A DNA stretch of 64,000 nucleotides. Origin: an uncultured Gammaproteobacteria bacterium. GTDB lineage: Bacteria > Patescibacteriota > Microgenomatia > Daviesbacterales > UBA10151. The notes under the pieces were generated by a model. That model had not been told where the DNA came from, searched no databases, and saw only the letters and a list, made by a program, of their open reading frames with translations. Position numbers and translations under genes: made by a program. The stretch covers positions 17,727 to 81,726 of the forward strand of contig CAYMIA010000003.1 of the NCBI GenBank assembly GCA_964390595.1. The letters are read 5' to 3'. The first letter of the stretch is position 1; each line of letters begins with the position of its first letter. Below are positions 19,867-28,476 of the stretch, piece by piece.

Positions 19867-22695
19867 ATGACAATAATAAAGAACATGCGAATAATCAAAC
19901 AATCCGGATTTTTCTTGGCAACTCTTTTGCTACTCTTTGTTCTAACTCCAGCAGTATCAGCTCAGACCAGCGCTCCTGGGGCTACTTTAAATATTAATGG
20001 ATCTACTGCTAGAGAAATGGATGCTGCTCTAAATCAACCCATTCCAGCAGGCACATTTAAAGCCAGTATGAACGATGCTGATGGTATCCAACAATTTGGA
20101 ATTGTGGCAGTCAAAAAAGGGACTGATGGCAACCCCAATCACACCTATAGCTACCTTTGTAACCCAACTGGATCAACCGCTTACCCTAATGCCACTGTGG
20201 ATTTTTATTTTAACTCAACCACCCATCCTAACTCCAATGATCTAGCCACAAACTCCTTTGTCAGAAACCCAACCGATCCTAACTGGGTGACCTACACTAC
20301 CGCCAACCACGATGGCCGGTATTGCTTCTTGCAGGGCGGAGATAATTATTTTAATGGCGATCTATATAATACTGAGGTGTTTACACTTGGAAACAAAATT
20401 TGGGTCTATAGTACAGCCCATAAAGGAACGGATGGAATTGGTCAAAGAAAAGTGCTGCTCTCTGCAACAGGTGTTCCAGTCTACCAAGAATTTCAAACAG
20501 CTTGTGATGCATCAGAGATGAATGCCAGCAACTGTCATCTAGACACTCTCGCCCATTTTAGAGGTTTCGATACTGATGATCCGAGTAGTGACAACTTTAA
20601 CACTGAAGCAATCTCAATTGGTAATAAACTTTGGGTTTATAGCAAAGCTTTTCGGGGCACTGAAGGTCCGGGGCAAAGAAAAGTCCTAACTCCCAATGGT
20701 GTTAGCATTTTCTCTGAATTTCAAAAAGCCTGCGAAGATGCTGGGATGACCGAAAGTAATTGTCATTTAGATACCCTAGCTCATTTTAAGGGATTTGATA
20801 ATGACACCGACAACTTCGAAGTGCTCTCAATTGGGACTAAGGTCTGGGTTTATGGTAAAGCCGGGACTGGCAATGAAGGGCCAGCTCATCGTTCAGTCGC
20901 TAGCACCACAGTTTTTGATGAATTTCCAACTGCTTGTGCTCAGGCTGTGCCAGCACTTGACCGGGATCATTGTGTACTGACCTCACTTTCCCACTATAAG
21001 GGTTTTGATACTGAAGATACCAGTTCTAATATTTATAACTCTGAAGTGGTTACTATCGGGAATAAAGTTTGGGTTTATGGTAAAACTAATTCAGGCAATG
21101 ACGGGGTTGGTAAACGTTCAGTAATCAGCCCTCCAGGAGATCAAAACAATAGCACTGAATTTCCTAAAGCTTGTACCACTTCAGGGTTAACCATTGATAC
21201 CTGTAAAGTCCGCTCCCTTTCCCAATACAAACAATTTGATGTCGAAACTGCCACAGCCCCCACCACCAAAGAAGCCAATTCTCTAGCCTGGACACCAACT
21301 GAGATTGGAGATTACTATGTTTTGGTTGATGCGATCGACACCAGTAATAATAAGTGTACAGGTAAAGCCAGTGAAATTGGTTATACCTTGCCAAGTAATG
21401 AAACTAGATGTGACGCTACTGACCACAAAGACTATGTAATTGTTCATGTTAAAAACCAGGAAACGACTGATTTTAGATGGGGTTATATCGGCCAACCTGT
21501 GGCCAATGACCACATTAAGACTTGTAATGATCTGGCTACTTTAAATGTTAGCTTCCAGCCTTATACTAGTTTCCCTGTCTCCCAAACTCAGAACTTTCCT
21601 AACCTCACTCCAGGTGACCGGGTCACAGTTTGTGCTCAGTATAAAGATAATACAGGCAAGCTGTCTGAAATCTTTACCAACTATATTATTTATATCGGAG
21701 AAGGCCCATTAATTAACAATCTGTCTTGTGATTTAGATACCAGCACCTCTAAGCTAACCTTTGTATTTAATGGCAACAACTTTGGGCGGACCCAGCAAGG
21801 TCCAGTTACAATAGGTGGACAGGATGCTAATATAACTGCTTGGAGTGATACTCAAATCACTGCCACTATTTCTAGCAACGCACCTAAGGGCGCTGATGGC
21901 TATGTAGCAGCTGTTAAAATTGGTGACCAAACCTACACCAGAACTTGCCAGTTAGGCACTTTAAAGGTCAACCTTGGACCTAGGTTTATGTGCCGTTTCG
22001 TTAACAGCAACGATCTCCCCGGTACTGAGGTCAAAATTGTTGAGTCAGGTGTTGGTGGCAAGCAAATTCTCGCCACGAGTTCAGCTGTAATTGCCGCTAA
22101 AAGGACCGACCGGGATGGCGGAGTGATTAACTTAAATACCACCATTAGTGACTCTAAACTGTACAAAATTAGTGTCAAACCTCAAAAGGGACTGCGAAGA
22201 AACGCTTATCTCTCCGGAGTAAATATCTCAGATACTTCAGGTGGTAATGTCAGCTTGATTCCCATTAAAGCTAAAAATCAGGGTAATTGCACTGATAATT
22301 TTGATGGTTACAACTATATCATTCCATTCGGTGACGTCTATACCCCTAACCCACCAGAAAGATTTGATAAAATCGATACCTTTGACTACTCCACCCTAAA
22401 AAGACAATGGGGCATTAGTAGCGGTCCTCAGAACGCTGACTTTAACGGTGACAAAAAGGTCAATTCTTTTGACTATGCTTGCCAAAGATTTGATATCGGG
22501 GCTTGTGATGACGATCCAGTTGCTCCTGATATTAGCACAACCAATATTGCTTGTACTAAAGATGCCCAGTGTCCAACCGGTCAAACTTGTGATGCTAATA
22601 CTGTAAACTCCAGCGTTTCAACAGTCGGTAAATGCGTAGCAGCAGAGCCAACCAGCAGTGCAACTAATTCCCCTACCCCAACAGCTACTCCCTAA
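19867..22695 (+). CDS. Large secreted repeat protein: 4 tandem ~70-aa repeats, IPT/TIG-like domain, C-terminal dockerin-like module
   Basis: Signal peptide ending AVSAQT. Repeats IGNKxWVY..A..G.eG.GqRkV ... C.LDTLAHFkGFD. CDLDTSTSKLTFVFNGNNFG is IPT/TIG-like. ADFNGDKKVNSFDYACQRF is a dockerin loop. Confidence 0.55.
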   Translation: MTIIKNMRIIKQSGFFLATLLLLFVLTPAVSAQTSAPGATLNINGSTAREMDAALNQPIPAGTFKASMNDADGIQQFGIVAVKKGTDGNPNHTYSYLCNPTGSTAYPNATVDFYFNSTTHPNSNDLATNSFVRNPTDPNWVTYTTANHDGRYCFLQGGDNYFNGDLYNTEVFTLGNKIWVYSTAHKGTDGIGQRKVLLSATGVPVYQEFQTACDASEMNASNCHLDTLAHFRGFDTDDPSSDNFNTEAISIGNKLWVYSKAFRGTEGPGQRKVLTPNGVSIFSEFQKACEDAGMTESNCHLDTLAHFKGFDNDTDNFEVLSIGTKVWVYGKAGTGNEGPAHRSVASTTVFDEFPTACAQAVPALDRDHCVLTSLSHYKGFDTEDTSSNIYNSEVVTIGNKVWVYGKTNSGNDGVGKRSVISPPGDQNNSTEFPKACTTSGLTIDTCKVRSLSQYKQFDVETATAPTTKEANSLAWTPTEIGDYYVLVDAIDTSNNKCTGKASEIGYTLPSNETRCDATDHKDYVIVHVKNQETTDFRWGYIGQPVANDHIKTCNDLATLNVSFQPYTSFPVSQTQNFPNLTPGDRVTVCAQYKDNTGKLSEIFTNYIIYIGEGPLINNLSCDLDTSTSKLTFVFNGNNFGRTQQGPVTIGGQDANITAWSDTQITATISSNAPKGADGYVAAVKIGDQTYTRTCQLGTLKVNLGPRFMCRFVNSNDLPGTEVKIVESGVGGKQILATSSAVIAAKRTDRDGGVINLNTTISDSKLYKISVKPQKGLRRNAYLSGVNISDTSGGNVSLIPIKAKNQGNCTDNFDGYNYIIPFGDVYTPNPPERFDKIDTFDYSTLKRQWGISSGPQNADFNGDKKVNSFDYACQRFDIGACDDDPVAPDISTTNIACTKDAQCPTGQTCDANTVNSSVSTVGKCVAAEPTSSATNSPTPTATP
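20380..21250 (+). repeat. Intragenic tandem repeat array (4 x ~195-210 nt, encoding a ~70-aa Cys-containing unit)
   Basis: Four successive protein segments begin (I/L)GNK(I/L/V)WVY and end HxxGFD. Boundaries are approximate. Confidence 0.5.
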
Positions 22696-22721
22696 TCTGC
22701 TTGTGATGTTATACTGAATTT

Positions 22722-25673
22722 ATGGGTGAATTGGCCGCTCTTCTTAAAAATAAAAAGAATCTGACCAGTCTGTTAATTTTACTCATTTTAATCTTAGCGG
22801 TTCCTTTTGGAGTCCGTTTAGCGCAAACTCAAAAAGTTTTCAAGAGCCAAGCTGAAAATGGCCCAATTGTTTTGTCTGGCGAAAATATCATTACTGATAC
22901 TCAAGGTGCCCAGGTTCTTATAAATAAGCCGCAAGTCGAAGTGACCATCACTTCCCCACTTGGCCCTCCAGCACCGCCTAACTTTACTCCCAGTAGCGCT
23001 AGCGCTTCGGCTTCAATCCCCACAAAAGTGCTTGGACTTTTTTCTAATGAAAGCAGTGTTTGTGGTGAAAGAATCCCTTATAGTTGTAAAGATAGAAATG
23101 GGGTGACCGGCCTTTATTGGTGCGAGGATATTAGCAAGGCCAATTCCGCATGCCTTAGTCCAGGTTGCTATTCACAAAGAGTTGGCGGAAATCTGAACGT
23201 TTGCAACACATCGGCCTCGATCTTTTCCAGCGTTCCAGAGCAGCTCATTCCCAAAAAGACCTCCCAAGTCTCTTTAGTCAAAACAGCTTATGCAGCTGCT
23301 TGCTATCAATGTAAGTGCTATCACATCAAAGCCATTAATGATGGTGAAAATTCCTATGCAGTCACCGATCCCTCGCAATGTACTGATAATTTCTGCCAAG
23401 TTGTTAAACAATGGGGACAAGAGCAAGGTGGTGCTGGAGCCGCCTCAATTTCCCCTAACTGTGCTAACACTTGTACTGATCAGTGCGTCAGGACTGGTGG
23501 GACGTCGGGTGGCACTTCTGGAGGTGGGTCAGGTGGTTCCTGTAATTTGGCCACTAACTATCAAACACCAACTAGATCGGCAGCTTGTGTGGCTTGCTTA
23601 AGCAACAAGCGTCCAGATGTGGTGCCATTTTTTAACGCTAACAACCATACAACTTGCACTTCCACTCAGGACTTCAATCATTGGTGTAATGGTGGCGTCT
23701 CACCTGTTGCTACCTGCCAGTGTGCTAATGTCACCAATCAATATTGCCAAACTGAGTGTGGTGGACAGGTTACCTTGCCAACTAGTTGCGCTGCTGGTGA
23801 TGTTGGTCCAGTAGTTAACACTGCTACTCCTACCCCTGGTACAGGAGGAGCTTGTCAGTTGCAACGCCAATCCCCTTCTCTTTCCTTAAGTTGCGCAACT
23901 TGCATCGTTGACTCCAAGGATGGGTTAAAAGAAAATTATCAAACTTTAACTGGTACCCAGACCTGCTCAGATGTGCAAATTGCCAATCATTACTGCAATG
24001 GCGGGCTTCCTGGCGGTACAGCGGAGTGCCAGCAAATTAAAGCTAATACTTGCAGCTTAGAGTGTTCACCAGACACAAGTAATAATCCAAGTAGTCCGAG
24101 TGGTTCTAGTGGCGCACCTTCATCAGATACCCCAACCGCCTCGATCAATGGCTCTTTCTCTGACCCCAAAACTAATCAATCTCTTACCTTCCAAGTTGAA
24201 GCTCAAATTAGCTCTGATGTGGCCAGTTTAACTAAGGGTGAAGTTTTAGTCATCAAACGGGACCAAACTGATCCTTTAACCTGGGGTTGTTCTAGCGAGT
24301 CTAAAATAGATAGCAAGACCTGCAAAATCAAAACCTCCCTACTTGCCGGAAATGATGACTCCTTTACAGCGACTTGGACGCCACTAAAATCTGGTATTTA
24401 CTATGTTTATGCCGATGCCTTTGCCTCAAATGAAACTAAATGTAGCGGAACCCCCAACCTTCCCCTACCCGCTGGGGTTACCTCATGTGGTGATAGTGCT
24501 AGAACCACAGTCGAGATTAAAGATACGATTTATACTTTAAGCTATAAAGTCGCTGAAGACTATGAATCCCTTAAAACTGCCGAACCAAAGCCCTACACCA
24601 CTGAGCCAACTAAGTTTACCTATAACTTTAAAAATGACGCTCTTGGCACTAAAACAATTATTATCGAATTCTCCTCCTCTGATGGCAAAACTAAAACTGA
24701 GATTGAAAGCATTAAATACATCGGTCCAGATCCGCAGATAAGTAATTTGAAATGCGACTTAGATATTACCAGCGGTTCGGTTAAAGCCACCTTTAAAGGC
24801 AAAAACTTTGGTACTACCCAAGGCACAATTTCTACAAGTTCATCTGATCAGTCAACTGGACTTGGGAGTCCCGTCTGGACAAATGATAGTGTCCAAGTTA
24901 CCCTCCCCAATGCCATTTCAGTCAATAACTCCAGCGAATCAAATGGGTCCAGCGCCCAGAAAGCCGACTATACTTTAACGCTGACCCGCGCCGATGGTAG
25001 GAAGGATACGGAGCATTGCAGCGTTGGAGTGTCAGAATTATCCCTTGGCACTAATTTCTTCTGTAAAGCCAAAAATAACACCGACATTGATAACGCTGAC
25101 TTAGGCATTATTGAAGATAGCCCAGGTTCCAAAGTTATTCAAGAAAAAACTCAAATTAAAAAGGGTGGCACTGTCGAAATAAAGACCCTCCTCCAAGAAG
25201 GTAAAAAATATATTATCGGGCTAAAAGCTCCTTTAACACTCCGCAAAGACTCAAACATCTCCGGACTCGTTGGCACAACAGTACTTAATGATTTTGTACT
25301 ACCTCTAGGCAATCTTATCACCCCGCAGGGTCAGGAACTCTCAGATAAGATTGATACATTTGATTATGCTGAACTAAAAAACCAGTGGTCTGGCACTGCA
25401 TCTCCATCTGCTCAAACTAGATCAGCGGATCTAAATCTAGACAACAAGGTCAACTCATTTGACTATGCTTGTTTCAGATATGATTTTGGAAAAACTGATG
25501 ACCCAAATCCCGCCTCCCTTGCCATTCAAAGCAGTGCGGCTGGAAATTGCACTCATGCTAGTTGCGATGTGGTCCCTAGTGGTTGTGAAGTCACCGGACG
25601 GGTTTTGGACAGCTGCGATGTTAACAGACCTGCCACTTGTGGACAACTGGTTTGTCAGAACTTGAGTCCCTAA
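22722..25673 (+). CDS. Large secreted protein, paralog of the upstream gene in its C-terminal half; two copies of the Cys-rich module, IPT/TIG-like domain, dockerin-like module
   Basis: N-terminal anchor. AACVACLSNKRPDV...HWCNGG and SCATCIVDSKDG...HYCNGG modules. CDLDITSGSVKATFKGKNFG. ADLNLDNKVNSFDYACFRY dockerin loop. Confidence 0.55.
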   Translation: MGELAALLKNKKNLTSLLILLILILAVPFGVRLAQTQKVFKSQAENGPIVLSGENIITDTQGAQVLINKPQVEVTITSPLGPPAPPNFTPSSASASASIPTKVLGLFSNESSVCGERIPYSCKDRNGVTGLYWCEDISKANSACLSPGCYSQRVGGNLNVCNTSASIFSSVPEQLIPKKTSQVSLVKTAYAAACYQCKCYHIKAINDGENSYAVTDPSQCTDNFCQVVKQWGQEQGGAGAASISPNCANTCTDQCVRTGGTSGGTSGGGSGGSCNLATNYQTPTRSAACVACLSNKRPDVVPFFNANNHTTCTSTQDFNHWCNGGVSPVATCQCANVTNQYCQTECGGQVTLPTSCAAGDVGPVVNTATPTPGTGGACQLQRQSPSLSLSCATCIVDSKDGLKENYQTLTGTQTCSDVQIANHYCNGGLPGGTAECQQIKANTCSLECSPDTSNNPSSPSGSSGAPSSDTPTASINGSFSDPKTNQSLTFQVEAQISSDVASLTKGEVLVIKRDQTDPLTWGCSSESKIDSKTCKIKTSLLAGNDDSFTATWTPLKSGIYYVYADAFASNETKCSGTPNLPLPAGVTSCGDSARTTVEIKDTIYTLSYKVAEDYESLKTAEPKPYTTEPTKFTYNFKNDALGTKTIIIEFSSSDGKTKTEIESIKYIGPDPQISNLKCDLDITSGSVKATFKGKNFGTTQGTISTSSSDQSTGLGSPVWTNDSVQVTLPNAISVNNSSESNGSSAQKADYTLTLTRADGRKDTEHCSVGVSELSLGTNFFCKAKNNTDIDNADLGIIEDSPGSKVIQEKTQIKKGGTVEIKTLLQEGKKYIIGLKAPLTLRKDSNISGLVGTTVLNDFVLPLGNLITPQGQELSDKIDTFDYAELKNQWSGTASPSAQTRSADLNLDNKVNSFDYACFRYDFGKTDDPNPASLAIQSSAAGNCTHASCDVVPSGCEVTGRVLDSCDVNRPATCGQLVCQNLSP

Positions 25674-25734
25674 AACAGGAGGACCTCTTGCAAACTTAGG
25701 TCGAAATATCTTAAGCTTAAAGTAAGTAGAAAAA

Positions 25735-26388
25735 ATGGATACCAACCCAAGCTCGCCCACTAGCCCAATAATTATTCAGACCAATCAATCAGCGCCTAGT
25801 TCCAGCCCAAATCAAAAAGGCTATGGCAAATGGGTTATCAGAGTAATATTACTAGTTCTGGTAGTTGTCATTGGTTTGGAGATCTTTAATGCAGCCAAAT
25901 TGTTAAATAAATCTAAATCAGCAACCCCTGTCTTTGCTAGACTTCAACCCCTATCTGGCGGTCACCTTACTCTTCTGGCAGATAAAAAAGAGTATCAAGT
26001 TGGTGAAACCATCACTGTTTCAGTCCGCATGTTTACTGGCGGACACCCGACCGATGGAACTGATCTAGTTTTAAAATATGATCCTAAATTATTGGAAATC
26101 ACAAGCGCCTTTTTTGCCAAAGGTAACACCTATAACGATTACCCATTTTCTAGCTTTGACCCAACTAAAGGTGAGATCCAGATATCAGGTATCACTTCCC
26201 TTTCCCAAAATGGTTTTAATGGGGCTGGGGTTTTTGGTACACTAACTATGAAGGCCAAATCAGCTGGGATAGCCAATTTAACAATTGACTTTACTCCAGA
26301 CCGGACGACTGATTCAAATATGGTTGAATCAACCTCAGCTAAAGATATCTTAAGCCAGGTAGATAACTTAAGTCTAACTATAAAATAA
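25735..26388 (+). CDS. N-terminally anchored cohesin-like protein
   Basis: TDLVLKYDPKLLEIT and GAGVFGTLTMKAKSAGIANLTIDF match the cohesin consensus. TM helix at residues ~35-55. Confidence 0.5.
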   Translation: MDTNPSSPTSPIIIQTNQSAPSSSPNQKGYGKWVIRVILLVLVVVIGLEIFNAAKLLNKSKSATPVFARLQPLSGGHLTLLADKKEYQVGETITVSVRMFTGGHPTDGTDLVLKYDPKLLEITSAFFAKGNTYNDYPFSSFDPTKGEIQISGITSLSQNGFNGAGVFGTLTMKAKSAGIANLTIDFTPDRTTDSNMVESTSAKDILSQVDNLSLTIK

Positions 26389-27119
26389 TGAAAAAAATAA
26401 TAAGCGCTTTAGTATTGGCAGTTGCAGTTTTGGCTAGCCCTGCTAGCGTATTCGCCTCAACCTTATCATTTAGTCCATCCTCTGCCACTATTAACCGGGG
26501 CTGCAGCCTCCAAGTCAATATTTTAGTTGATACCAGAGATAATCCTGGGAGCAGTTCAGATCCAGGGCGTGAAACTGACGGTACAGACGCCATCTTCTCA
26601 TATGATACTACCAGATTCTCTCTCGATAACTCCTCTATAACTAATGGGACAATTTATGCTGATTACCCAGGAAATACAGTTGATCAGCAAGCTGGCAAAG
26701 TTAGTATCTCTGGACTTGCTCCAGTCTCTCAAGGATTCAAGGGCTCTGGCATTTTTGCCACAATTACTTTAAAAGCTTTAGATAATGCCCCAGCAGGCAC
26801 CACCAACCTAACATTTGATTTTGACCCCAATCAAAAAGATAAAACCACTGATTCAAATGTGGTTGAAAGAGGTACAGTTGTTGACACCCTAAACTCAGTT
26901 ACCAATGGAACATACACCATTGGAACAGGAGCCTGTAATCAAACGGGCTTAGGTGTCGGCCTACCATTACCCCAGGGTGGCGTTGGTACAAACCCTACAG
27001 CTACTCCTTCAGCTCAAAAAATGTTGCCTAACTCTGGTGTGCTTAGCCCAACCATCATTATGGCTGGAGTAGGTGGCATTCTAGTTATTTTAGGAATTCT
27101 TGGACTGGCTCTTCTATAG
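26388..27119 (+). CDS. Secreted cohesin-like protein with C-terminal LPNSG + hydrophobic anchor
   Basis: Signal peptide VFAST. DAIFSYDTTRFSL and GSGIFATITLKALDNAPAGTTNLTFDF (cohesin). The C-terminus is LPNSG followed by a ~25-aa hydrophobic stretch. Confidence 0.55.
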   Translation: MKKIISALVLAVAVLASPASVFASTLSFSPSSATINRGCSLQVNILVDTRDNPGSSSDPGRETDGTDAIFSYDTTRFSLDNSSITNGTIYADYPGNTVDQQAGKVSISGLAPVSQGFKGSGIFATITLKALDNAPAGTTNLTFDFDPNQKDKTTDSNVVERGTVVDTLNSVTNGTYTIGTGACNQTGLGVGLPLPQGGVGTNPTATPSAQKMLPNSGVLSPTIIMAGVGGILVILGILGLALL

Positions 27120-27128
27120 TAAAGTCTT

Positions 27129-28076
27129 ATGACTCTCTCTGAATTAGTGACTGACTTTCTTGAATATTTAGAGTTAGAAAAAAATGCCTCACAGCGCACT
27201 ATCAAAAACTATGATCATTATCTGCGCCGTTTCGTCGATTTTGCCGGCGATATTGAAGCCGGAAAAATTGATTTAGGATTAATCAGAAAATACCGGTTAT
27301 ATCTGTCCAGATACACTGATCCCAAGACCGAGCAGCATTTAAAAAGAGTGACACAAAACTATTTCATGATCGCTCTCCGGGCTTTTCTGCGCTACCTGGC
27401 TCGCCTAGATATTCCCACTTTATCAGCTGAAAAAGTTGAGTTAGGTGAACAAGATCCCTCTCCACTTAAAGTTTTAGAGGAAGATCACTTGGATAGATTA
27501 CTCGCTGCTCCTGATACTTCAGACCAGGCGGGCTTGCGTGATAAAGCAATTTTAGAAATGCTTTTTTCGACAGGACTGCGGGTCTCTGAACTCTCATCTT
27601 TAAATTGTGATCAGATCAACCTAAAAAGACAGGAGTTTGGAATCGTCGGCAAAGGTGGCAAGGAAAGAGTAGTTTTTATCTCTGATGATGCCACTAACTG
27701 GCTGGAGCAATATCTCAAGACTCGAAATGACGCCTTTAAGCCACTCTTCATCCGTTATCAAGGCAAAGTCAGTCAGGAAGATGATGGTGAGGCCATGAGA
27801 CTGACCACCCGTTCAATCGAACGTATCGTTGAGAAGTATGTCAAGGAAATCGGATTGCCAATTAAAGCCACTCCTCACACTTTGCGTCACAGTTTTGCAA
27901 CGGACTTACTTATTAATGGTGCAGACATCAGGTCAGTTCAAGAGATGCTTGGTCATTCAAATATCTCAACTACTCAAATTTATACCCATGTTACCAACCG
28001 CCAATTAAAAGAGGTCCACAAATCTTTCCATGGCAAACGCCGCGGAGAAGAAATTGAAAGCAAGGAGACTACCTAA
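27129..28076 (+). CDS. xerD: Tyrosine site-specific recombinase, XerC/XerD family
   Basis: N-terminal SAM-like domain (LEYLELEKNASQRTIKNY). Catalytic R..HTLRHSFAT..LGHSNISTTQIYTHV with the Tyr nucleophile. Confidence 0.8.
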   Translation: MTLSELVTDFLEYLELEKNASQRTIKNYDHYLRRFVDFAGDIEAGKIDLGLIRKYRLYLSRYTDPKTEQHLKRVTQNYFMIALRAFLRYLARLDIPTLSAEKVELGEQDPSPLKVLEEDHLDRLLAAPDTSDQAGLRDKAILEMLFSTGLRVSELSSLNCDQINLKRQEFGIVGKGGKERVVFISDDATNWLEQYLKTRNDAFKPLFIRYQGKVSQEDDGEAMRLTTRSIERIVEKYVKEIGLPIKATPHTLRHSFATDLLINGADIRSVQEMLGHSNISTTQIYTHVTNRQLKEVHKSFHGKRRGEEIESKETT

Positions 28077-28431
28077 CCTTTTTACCTGGTCTAATATCAG
28101 CAATTAACATCGACATCGCAGTTGAAATTAAAGAAAAAACAATCGCCGCTAAGATCGCTGGAAGCCAACCATCAATAGTTAAACCCCTGACAAAAAATGA
28201 AACTATAAATAAGATTATGGCGTTAATCACAAAAGTAAAAAGCCCTAAAGTCAGCAGATTAATAGGAGCTGTCAAAAGAAGCAAGATCGGTTTGACCAAA
28301 AAGTTAACCAACCCCAAAACAATAGTTGCGAAGACCGCTGTTTTAAAATCAGCAACATGAAAGCCTGGAACTAAATAGGCTGTAATAATTAAAGCCAGCG
28401 CGTTGAGCAGTAAACTGACGAGTAGCCTCAT
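28069..28431 (-). CDS. DUF360/YvlD-like 4-TM membrane protein (holin superfamily IV-like)
   Basis: LLNALALIITAYLVPGF...FATIVLGLVNFLVKPIL...LGLFTFVINA pattern. Confidence 0.45.
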   Translation of the reverse strand: MRLLVSLLLNALALIITAYLVPGFHVADFKTAVFATIVLGLVNFLVKPILLLLTAPINLLTLGLFTFVINAIILFIVSFFVRGLTIDGWLPAILAAIVFSLISTAMSMLIADIRPGKKVR

Positions 28432-28476
28432 ACCTAATTTTCGCTTTTTGACTAAGTTTTGTCAACATTATCTCAC

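Noticed and set aside
27129-28431. Prophage or integrative element (integrase + holin-like protein)
   Set aside because: The recombinase has a clear XerC/D-type architecture. The holin-like gene is a common DUF360 membrane protein. No other phage genes are adjacent.
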